A DNA stretch of 63,491 bases, filler included, from Octopus bimaculoides (taxonomy: Eukaryota): NCBI RefSeq assembly GCF_001194135.2. It is 7 parts of 5 records of this genome, joined end to end, with 100 filler letters (N's around TTAATTAATTAA, not from the genome) between each part and the next. Parts side by side here need not be neighbours in the genome. Positions count along the whole stretch, not along the records: positions 53,657 to 57,285 come from NC_068981.1; positions 57,386 to 61,138 come from NC_069004.1; positions 61,239 to 63,491 come from NC_068981.1; 4 more parts are not named here. The stretch is one strand, 5' to 3'. Shown here one piece after another: positions 53,701 through 63,491 of this stretch. Each line of letters begins with the position of its first letter. Positions within the stretch are counted from its first letter, which is position 1. The notes under the pieces are model-generated. The model searched no databases and was not told the origin of the DNA. It saw only the letters and a program-made list of their open reading frames with translations. A program made the position numbers and the translations under genes.

Positions 53701-54499
53701 TGTGTGTCTGTGTGTCTGTGTGTGTGTGTGTGTGTATGTGTGATTGTGTATGTGTGCGTGCGTGCGTGCTTGTGTATGCGCGCATATGTATGTTTGTATA
53801 AATGCACACGCACAAATACACACACATATGAATCCTGAGCAAAAATATTCTTGACAGTGACTTCAACGATCTGGCTAGCCATATCGTATCATAGGGAAAT
53901 TTCAAAGGCATTTAAGATAAACAACCAAACTATATTTCCCTTGACAGGCAAATCCTGATGTCCCTAAATTGTATACAGAGTATATAACGAAGAATCCATG
54001 AAGAATACAGAATTATACACCTTCAAAACTTATTCATTAAAACATTATTCACATCAATTCTATTCCGACTCGTGTTTCTGCTTGATAAGTGTCCTAGTAT
54101 CCTTTGGTGTAGCAGTTATATGAACTTAGTTGGTTTGAAGTGGATCACTTTCAGTTCATATTCATCCAAATGTAGAGGTTCGATACAGCATTGTTCAATG
54201 TGTTACCTACGCAGAATTGTGAAGCGAAATTATCATTGAAATATCGGAAATGTCATCTTTAAGTATATTCTCGATAAAGCACAATAAAATATCAAGTTAT
54301 AGGTTATTAAAAGCTCGTGGGAAAATACGATTTGTCTATAGTCCTGGTATCACTTAAACATAGGACCTTTTTCGATAATAAAGCAACATATTATTTTGTT
54401 AACTCAGTAGTAGAAGAAATTTAAGTAAGTTACGATTATATTCACACCACTAACTGCACCAAATAACGATATATTAGTTTCTGAGGCCAGTGATTTCAG

Positions 54500-54675
54500 G
54501 GCATGTAGTAAGTTGATTACATCAATCACAAGCTCAAATCGTGTTTATTTTATCGACTACAGCGGATGAAAGACAATGTCAAACTCAGCGGTAAATGAAC
54601 TCCAAACGTGAAGACGGATGAAATTCCGCTGAGCATGTTGCCCGGCGTGCTAACGATTCTGCCAGCTCGCTGCCT
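54500..54675 (-). mobile_element. Meta-like tRNA SINE, reverse
   Basis: ttttatcgac...ggatgaaagac...gaactccaaacgtgaagacgg...gtgctaacgattctgccagctcgc. Confidence 0.8.
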
Positions 54676-56153
54676 TACCTAACGATATAATATTATAAGG
54701 TGAACAGGCAAACTTAAGAGCAGTAGAAGGAAAGAGGAAATAAATGTCATTTCGTTAGGTTAATCATGCTAGTCCATAGCAATAGGTTTTATGCATTTTT
54801 TAAATATAAGAAGTGTGGTATTAACTGAGATACTTAAAGTGAAATGATATTCCAACCACATTTTCTCTTATTTAACAAAACGTTATATAATTTTGCGTTT
54901 ACCCAAACAGTTGGAGTTATAGATTAGTGAAAGTCTATTAAAATCTAACTTAAATGAATTTTTTTTTATTTAAGTAGGTTGATTTACGTGCCCTTTTCTC
55001 AACAGGGTTACTAATTAAAATCACTTATTTCAAAAATAGTTAAACTTCTTTCTAAACGAATATGTGCAATTTACTCTTAATTTGTTTGCACAATTTAATA
55101 ACCTGCAATTAGTGATAGAGATATACAGTATTTCTTCCCCAGCAGAAATCAGATTTCCAATTCCGAATTCTATACGGTGAAGTGCTACTAATAGTTGACC
55201 AGTTATTATATTTGGTGTGTGTGTATATATCTAGGAATATATGTGACTACTTATATTTGTATATATATATATATATATATNNNNNNNNNNNNNNNNNNNN
55301 NNNNNNNNNNNNNNNNNNNNNNNNNNNNNNNNNNNNNNNNNNNNNNNNNNNNNNNNNNNNNNNNNNNNNNNNNNNNNNNNNNNNNNNNNNNNNNNNNNNN
55401 NNNNNNNNNNNNNNNNNNNNNNNNNNNNNNNNNNNNNNNNNNNNNNNNNNNNNNNNNNNNNNNNNNNNNNNNNNNNNNNNNNNNNNNNNNNNNNNNNNNN
55501 NNNNNNNNNNNNNNNNNNNNNNNNNNNNNNNNNNNNNNNNNNNNNNNNNNNNNNNNNNNNNNNNNNNNNNNNNNNNNNNNNNNNNNNNNNNNNNNNNNNN
55601 NNNNNNNNNNNNNNNNNNNNNNNNNNNNNNNNNNNNNNNNNNNNNNNNNNNNNNNNNNNNNNNNNNNNNNNNNNNNNNNNNNNNNNNNNNNNNNNNNNNN
55701 NNNNNNNNNNNNNNNNNNNNNNNNNNNNNNNNNNNNNNNNNNNNNNNNNNNNNNNNNNNNNNNNNNNNNNNNNNNNNNNNNNNNNNNNNNNNNNNNNNNN
55801 NNNNNNNNNNNNNNNNNNNNNNNNNNNNNNNNNNNNNNNNNNNNNNNNNNNNNNNNNNNNNNNNNNNNNNNNNNNNNNNNNNNNNNNNNNNNNNNNNNNN
55901 NNNNNNNNNNNNNNNNNNNNNNNNNNNNNNNNNNNNNNNNNNNNNNNNNNNNNNNNNNNNNNNNNNNNNNNNNNNNNNNNNNNNNNNNNNNNNNNNNNNN
56001 NNNNNNNNNNNNNNNNNNNNNNNNNNNNNNNNNNNNNNNNNNNNNNNNNNNNNNNNNNNNNNNNNNNNNNNNNNNNNNNNNNNNNNNNNNNNNNNNNNNN
56101 NNNNNNNNNNNNNNNNNNNNNNNNNNNNNNNNNNNNNNNNNNNNNNNNNNNNN

Positions 56154-56215
<62 letters not shown>

Positions 56216-56223
56216 TTAATAAA

Positions 56224-56264
<41 letters not shown>

Positions 56265-57893
56265 TAATAATAAGTTTAATCTTTGCATATGATATAAGTG
56301 ATTCATTCATTCGACAAAAAACGCTACAGATTATGAAAAGCAGAAGAAAAGAAATGAAGAAACAAAAATATTCCATAGACATCTGGCCGCGTTACGAGAC
56401 GTAAATCGTTAACTCGGCTATTATACGGTGGTGAATGTTGCCCCTTCTTTTGACATTTCACCAAACTAAAAACAATACATTGTAATTAAGTATTCGGCTT
56501 CATCATACCAATTATAATCTTCACTGAAATACATGGACATTGTCACTAAAGTGAGAATAAACATTATTAATTATATTAGTATTAATATATTTTGATTATC
56601 ATCGTTTTGCATATAATTATTATTTTTTTATGGCTATTTTGCTCTTGTTGTATAGCAACTGCTTCTATTTTGTTTCTTTTAATCCCATGGAATTCGCATC
56701 GCGATCTCTGTATTAACATGGACATGATAACTGCACTCATCATCATCTTCAATCGTCATTATCACCACCAATATCACCAGCACCACCATCAGCAACACCA
56801 CAAACAGCACACTTATCATCATCACCATCAACATCATAGGTAGCATCATGGTCATAACGAACATGTTTAAATGACTCATGTAATCAATGCTTATTGGCGA
56901 TATTGTTAGTGTTTGAAATATATGATATAGTTATATATTTCACAATACAAATTAGATTTCTCAAAAGGCAATTATCTGCTCATAAATAATGTATATCATG
57001 AAAACCTGATGTTTCCACATTCGTTTAAATTGATTATATATTTAAGTTGAGTTGATGCAATATATACCTTAACGATATTTCATGTATACCATTTTACTTC
57101 CTAATTTTAAACCAAGAAATAATTGGATTCACTCGTTACTTTAACAAGTAATAAGTCATAAGCGGAATAATATCAGGGTGCAGCAAAATTTAGGTCATGA
57201 AAAATTCGCACATAGAGTAAGAGTGAAAGTTGTGTGAATGTATTATGTATATGAATGAACAAATAAAGATATATGTATATATATANNNNNNNNNNNNNNN
57301 NNNNNNNNNNNNNNNNNNNNNNNNNNNNNTTAATTAATTAANNNNNNNNNNNNNNNNNNNNNNNNNNNNNNNNNNNNNNNNNNNNCACATCTCATGACCA
57401 CCTGATACCTTCCTTGTGTCGTTGTCACTCTGACATGTATTGGTGTTTTTCAATATTTTTTTCCCCATGGGCACATTTAATGGAATGAGAATTCACCCAA
57501 GGATGGTCCATTGCTGGGATTTAAGCAAATAAATTAGAAAAAGGATGGAATTTTAAGGATTAAAGCAGGGAGGAGACATTTAAGAAAGTTTTTTTTTTTT
57601 ATAATCATATGAATTCCTGTGTGTAGAACATAAATTCTCAAAAATAAATCTACGAGTGGTTATATGGAGTTTTTAAACTAGAATTCCACCTCTGTCTATC
57701 CCACTCTTTCTCTTTCTCCATCTCTCTTTCTCTCTGTATATATACCTGTCTATATCAAACAAACCTAATCATCAATCCATCTGTCTGACCATCCACTAGT
57801 TGTCTGGCTTGTTGAAACTGTTCAACCCATGTAATGGAAGATGAATGTTCAATGATGGTGGTACACACACACACACACACACTGAGAAAAAGG

Positions 57894-57984
57894 AGGCAGT
57901 CAGAATTTTGGATAATTATTTAGTGCTTTCATCTTGTTTTGGAGATGAAAGCACTAAAATAATTACCTGAAATTCTGACTGCCT
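57894..57984. repeat. 91-bp near-perfect palindrome (miniature MITE-like hairpin)
   Basis: Arms 57894-57934 and 57943-57984 are reverse complements with about 3 mismatches and 1 indel, around an 8-nt loop. Confidence 0.85.
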
Positions 57985-58084
57985 ACTCTTTCTTAATATA
58001 AAAAAGCAAAAAACCTATACACCACTTCAAATAATTCATATATATATATATATATATATATGCATACATTATATATATGTGCAT

Positions 58085-58590
58085 GGTTTCATGGATGGTA
58101 AGAATCTTGCTTCCTAACCACATGGTTCCAGGTTCAGACTCACTGTACGGCACTTTGAGCAAGTGTCCTCTACTGGATCTGGTAGACGGAAACTGACATA
58201 AGCATGTCATGGTCATGAAAAATTCCTGGCTTTAGGTGTGCCAACCACATGGTCCCGTGTTCAGTCCCACTGTGTGGCACCTTGGGCAAGTGTTTTCTAC
58301 TATAGCCTTGGGCCGACCAAAGCCTTGTGAGTGGATTTGGTAGATGGAAACTGGAAGAAGCCCATTGTATATGTATATATGTATGTTTGTGTGTCTGTTT
58401 GTCCCCCAGTATTGCTTGACAACCGATGCTGGTGTGTTTACGTCCCCGTAACTTAGCGATTTGGCAAAAGTGACAGATAGAATAAGTACTAGGCTTACAA
58501 AGAATAAGCTCTGGAGTCGATTTGCTCAACTATTAAGGCGGTGCTCCAGCATGGCCAGAGTCAAATGGCTGAAAGAAGTAAAAGAGTATA
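58085..58590 (+). mobile_element. Partial plus near-full CORE-type SINE copies in tandem
   Basis: Head fragment at 58085-58200, then a second copy from ~58240 to the tail at 58590. Confidence 0.8.
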
Positions 58591-58901
58591 TTCTCCTCTC
58601 AGATTGACACATTTATTGCAGTGGTCTTTCAGTTTTTCTGAGCCCTGTAAAAGAACTCAGTAGGTTGGGCCTCCAACCAGGCCTTTCACAATACCCTGAA
58701 AGCCAGGAACTTTTCAGCACCCCCTTTTCACACACACACATCTGTCTGTATTTGTGTTTCTACTCCACCACTACTTGACAACCTGTCTTGATTGTTTACA
58801 TCCCTGTAACTTAGTGGTGGGGCAAAAAGAAAATTAAAGAAAACAAAAACCTAGCAGCTGTTGCCAGCAACTCTGTGAAAAGGGGAGATTGCTTTTATGT
58901 T

Positions 58902-59560
58902 TGTAATTTAATACAGCCATACTGGTGCATAATGGGAAAATTACTCTGAAAGTAAGGTACCCCTTGTGTATAGGAATACAGACAGAATAAAACCAGTTTC
59001 ACATAAATTGGACCATGGATTCCTGAGAAATGTGGTTGTTTTGGGTTTGTTTCCACAATTTTAAGCAGTGGAACCTGGAGTTATTGCCCTTTACTGTGAA
59101 CACCTGGATAGTTTTTTTGCATGCTTGTTTGTAATTTAATACAGCCAAACTGGTACGTAATGGGAAGATACTCTGAAAGTAAGATGCCCCTGAAATGGGA
59201 ATACAAATGGAATGACACGTTTTGCGTAAATTGGACCATGGGCTCCCAAGATATGCGGTTTGCTTGTCTGTAATTTAATACAGCAAAACCCGTACATATT
59301 GGGAAAATACTTTGAAAGGTACCATTGAAATGTGAATACAAACGGAATAAAACAAGTTTTATGTAAATCGGACCACATGTTCCTGAGATAAGTGTTTTTT
59401 GGGATACCTTTATAATTAGCCAAACTGGCGCATAATGGGGAAAGTGCTTTGAAAGTAAGGTACCATTGAAATGTGAATTCAAACAGAATAAAACAAGTTT
59501 TGTATAAATCGGACCAAGTATAGGCAGTTTTGCATAAATCGGACAAAGATAGGCAGTTTC
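58902..59560. repeat. Diverged ~140-bp tandem repeat (4 units plus partials)
   Basis: Units start at ~58902, 59130, 59269 and 59413 with tgtaatttaatacagc...tgaaa..aggtacc...tgaaatg.gaat.caaa..gaata...aaat.ggacc. Confidence 0.8.
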
Positions 59561-59820
59561 TTTAGGTACCTTGAACTATTGGGACCCAGTGGGTAAGGGG
59601 TAGTCTAGTTAGGAATAAATTTCTGAAACAGATTTACAGGATCAGGGAAAGTCTTATCTCTGTTTGCAGTCAAGGAACAACCCAAGCAATTGTTTTAGTG
59701 TATTTGAATGGCACCAGTCTGCGTAGTTATTTGACCAGAATAACCTGCCTAGTTTAAAATAATTACCAGAAATATCTCAAATAGGCCAACAGCATAAGTC
59801 TGGATAAATTAAAAGATGAG

Positions 59821-59875
<55 letters not shown>

Positions 59876-60084
59876 AGTGTTTGTGTGTGCTTATGTATTT
59901 ATACACATGTTTAAAATTTTGTTTTGAAATAACTTGAAGCAGGCACAAAAAGTGATAAAGGATAACATGTAAATATTTGGTTGAAAAATTTCTTTGGCTA
60001 AAAGAAAATGAAAGACTGCCTATGTAACATTCTCTCAACAAACATGCATGCATACATACGTGTGTGTGTGTGTGTGTGTGTGTG

Positions 60085-60185
60085 AAGGCACATGGCTCAG
60101 TGGTTAGTGTGTCGGGCTCACAATTAGGAGGCAGTGAGTTCGATTTCCAGGACTGATCTGTGTGTTGTTTTCTTGGGCAAGACAC
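60085..60185 (+). mobile_element. tRNA-derived CORE-type SINE, second subfamily
   Basis: A box tggctcagtgg, B box gagttcgattt, cttgggcaagacac. Confidence 0.7.
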
Positions 60186-60469
60186 TGCTAAAATATATAA
60201 ATGTTAAATTTTGTTTATAATTTTATAATTTCTATAATATTATTTTCATTCCTGTTGGATCCCTCTTATCTGTCCATGATAGCTTCTTTTCAATTTGGCT
60301 CCAATTGTTTTCTCTGCCTCCACGCCCAGCATGGAGCAATGGTTTAGCTGAACTTAATGAACTCATTCAATTAGCAGTGCAGGAGATAACTCCTGAAAGG
60401 CTTCAAAAATGTGTTTCGCAATGCTAAGGAAGCATTCAAACTGGCCAGGGCAGTAAGCTGGCAAAATTG

Positions 60470-60650
60470 TGAGCACACCAGGTAAAACTTTGCAGGAGCT
60501 TATCTGTCTTTACATTCTGAGTTCAAATTAGGCCAAGGTTGACTTCCCTTTCATTCTTTCGAGGCCTTTGAAGTACCATTTAAGCATTGGGGTAAATATA
60601 CTCAGCTTAAACCTTCTCCAAAATTGTGCCAAAAGCTGAAACCAATAATT
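60470..60650 (+). mobile_element. Meta-like tRNA SINE (degenerate)
   Basis: ttctgagttcaaatt...aggttgacttccctttcattctttcgagg. Confidence 0.65.
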
Positions 60651-60904
60651 AAACTGCCCAAAATATTCTGCCTGTTTTATGCTCAAACCAGCCAGATCTG
60701 GCCTCTCACACCTACCCTACAATATCATTCTAAAACTACACAATCACATCATTGAAATCTCAAAGCTCTGAGATATTGCAGGATTAATTCAAAATGATGT
60801 GAATATTATATTCGACAGAATAATGTGAGTGCTAAAGGGTTAAGATGTCTGCTATTGTTATGATACTTTTGGTGTGTATTTGTAGTGTGTTGAAGTGTTA
60901 TAAG

Positions 60905-61022
60905 TGGAGGACTCAAGAATGGCTATATAAGGAAGTTCATTTCCCAACCACATGACCTTCATAGCAATCCCACTACATAGCTCCTTGAGCAAGTGTCTTC
61001 TATTGTAGCCACTGGCTGACTA
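60905..61022 (+). mobile_element. Degenerate CORE-type SINE
   Basis: cccaaccacatg...ccttgagcaagtgtcttcta. Confidence 0.55.
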
Positions 61023-61026
61023 ATCC

Positions 61027-61110
61027 TTTCATCATCATCATCATCATCATCGTTTAACGTCCGCTTTCCATGCTAGCATGGGTTGGACGATTTGACTGAG
61101 GACTGGTGTA
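61027..61110 (-). mobile_element. RTE LINE 3' terminus with (GAT)n tail
   Basis: Minus strand ...aatcgtccaacccatgctagcatggaaagcggacgttaaacgatgatgatg, with an internal palindrome catgctagcatg. Confidence 0.7.
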
Positions 61111-61238
61111 TTTTATGTGCCACCTGCACAATATATATNNNNNNNNNNNNNNNNNNNNNNNNNNNNNNNNNNNNNNNNNNNNTTAATTAATTAANNNNNN
61201 NNNNNNNNNNNNNNNNNNNNNNNNNNNNNNNNNNNNNN

Positions 61239-61697
61239 CGAATTTGAGCTCATTTCGTTTATTGCAGCTATTACATCTTCCTCTTCAATGTCAATGTAGG
61301 TAATGGATGCAGTCTTTTTCTGCTGAGTGCTATTGTCAAAGAAATCAGTTGGGTTCTTTATCTGCATGTGACTCAGAGGAGAAGTGAAGACACTCTTGAA
61401 TTGTGTACTGAGCACTTCACTTATCCGTGTGGGATCTGCAGTCAGTGAGCCATTAGGCAGGAATAGGGGTCTTATCTTATATTGTACCGTAGCAGTCTCC
61501 ATTGCAAATCTATAGAAAGCCTTAGGGTTTGTTTATATGCTTTTTACTGCTCTCTTCTCCTTCTCTGCTCTCTCCGTTTCATAGGAGAGTTTAATCTTGT
61601 TTTCTATTTCTAACAGTGTTAGTTTTAATTTAGCCCTTTTCCTATCCTCCAGTTCTCTATTTAACTCGTTTGAGACCTTTGTTCTGTGTCTCATAAN
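61239..61697 (-). mobile_element. CR1-like LINE ORF2 linker region upstream of RT
   Basis: NPKAFYRFA, SEVLSTQFKSVFT, IDIEEEDVIAAINEM..NS. Confidence 0.75.
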
Positions 61698-63066
61698 NNN
61701 NNNNNNNNNNNNNNNNNNNNNNNNNNNNNNNNNNNNNNNNNNNNNNNNNNNNNNNNNNNNNNNNNNNNNNNNNNNNNNNNNNNNNNNNNNNNNNNNNNNN
61801 NNNNNNNNNNNNNNNNNNNNNNNNNNNNNNNNNNNNNNNNNNNNNNNNNNNNNNNNNNNNNNNNNNNNNNNNNNNNNNNNNNNNNNNNNNNNNNNNNNNN
61901 NNNNNNNNNNNNNNNNNNNNNNNNNNNNNNNNNNNNNNNNNNNNNNNNNNNNNNNNNNNNNNNNNNNNNNNNNNNNNNNNNNNNNNNNNNNNNNNNNNNN
62001 NNNNNNNNNNNNNNNNNNNNNNNNNNNNNNNNNNNNNNNNNNNNNNNNNNNNNNNNNNNNNNNNNNNNNNNNNNNNNNNNNNNNNNNNNNNNNNNNNNNN
62101 NNNNNNNNNNNNNNNNNNNNNNNNNNNNNNNNNNNNNNNNNNNNNNNNNNNNNNNNNNNNNNNNNNNNNNNNNNNNNNNNNNNNNNNNNNNNNNNNNNNN
62201 NNNNNNNNNNNNNNNNNNNNNNNNNNNNNNNNNNNNNNNNNNNNNNNNNNNNNNNNNNNNNNNNNNNNNNNNNNNNNNNNNNNNNNNNNNNNNNNNNNNN
62301 NNNNNNNNNNNNNNNNNNNNNNNNNNNNNNNNNNNNNNNNNNNNNNNNNNNNNNNNNNNNNNNNNNNNNNNNNNNNNNNNNNNNNNNNNTATATATATAT
62401 ATATATTTATCTATTTATATTTATTTATTTATATATATACACGTATGTATATGAGAATTGTTTGTTGAAGTTGAGTGATTCCTCAATGTACCTTGTATTG
62501 TTTATAGTCTTGGATAATTTTGTTATCAAATTTCGCCGAATCTTCCACCGTTCCAGACTAAAATAACTGCATCATTCAACGATGGTGAATTATTATTTCA
62601 CATAACCGTTGATGTATATTAGTGAGAGATAGAGATTGACAGATGGAGAAAGGTAAAGTGAGAGAGAGAGAGAGAGATAGAGAGAGAGTGAGAGAAAGAG
62701 AGATAGAAAGAGAATGAGAATAAGAGATCCACGTGATCGACAAGTCTTTTTGTTTACTTATTTACAATGTTCTTGTGTTCTTGCCGGCTTTCAACGTATT
62801 TCACTTGGTATTGGCGGTCATTCCATTACCGTTTATGACCCGGTGCTGCTGCCACTGCTGCCACTGCTGCTACCGGAAATGTGTGTTTTTGTGCATGTGT
62901 CTGTGTGTATGTCTGTATTCGTACATCTGTGTTTGTGTGGAAATGTTCTGGTGGCACTGTATGTATGAGTGTGAATATTTGCCTCTCTATATATTCATGG
63001 GTGTGTATATTTTTATGTACGTTTGTGTACAAATGCGTGTGTTTGCATGCGTGTAGTAAATATGTG

Positions 63067-63106
<40 letters not shown>

Positions 63107-63353
63107 TGTGTGTGTGTGTCTGTACCTGTACTATGTAGAAAATTACATACGAAATGTTAAATACAATCATGTTTTGTATAGTCCCGGGTCAATACACATC
63201 GAGCAGTCCAATGATAAATGACGTTCCAACGTGAATTTCAACATTCTGGAATTCTATACAATAATTATCAAATATGTTCTATGAAGAACTCAATAGAAAA
63301 TTTTTCCCCTACCATCCTATCAATCTGTTAGGGATTGTTCGTGAATCAAGGCG

Positions 63354-63357
<4 letters not shown>

Positions 63358-63432
<75 letters not shown>

Positions 63433-63491
63433 TTATGTTTGACTTTTGTTTTGCCTTTGTACAAGTTGGATCCAAGTCTCACCCAGAGACC
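63358..63491 (-). mobile_element. R4/Dong-like LINE 3' UTR end with (TAA)n tail, truncated by the window edge
   Basis: Same terminal sequence as 9053-9110. Confidence 0.7.

Overview
AT-rich, gap-ridden eukaryotic scaffold window. The SINE/LINE families and microsatellite load point to a coleoid cephalopod, most likely Octopus (inference). Most of it is microsatellite and decayed transposable elements: CORE-type and Meta-like tRNA SINEs; RTE, R4/Dong, CR1-like and Tx1 LINE fragments; two Penelope-like RT/GIY-YIG copies; mariner DD34D, maT DD37D and Chapaev-like DNA transposons; and a Ty3/Gypsy integrase relic. The one well-supported host gene is absent from the ORF track: a spliced minus-strand gene (exons 6960-6900, 3417-3277, probably 2268-2228). 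It encodes an ~80-aa secreted protein with a signal peptide and one six-cysteine pacifastin-like/half-VWC module (C-x18-CNxCxC-x7-CTLIGC), a candidate serine-protease inhibitor. Other notable items are a promoter-like cluster with two inverted GTCACGTGAT boxes, a Penelope copy with twin-priming inversion geometry, three hammerhead-ribozyme-like remnants, a 91-bp near-perfect hairpin, and a diverged ~140-bp tandem repeat with a dispersed copy. No CRISPR, rRNA or intact tRNA gene was seen. TE boundaries are approximate and family calls come from motif recognition, not database searches.
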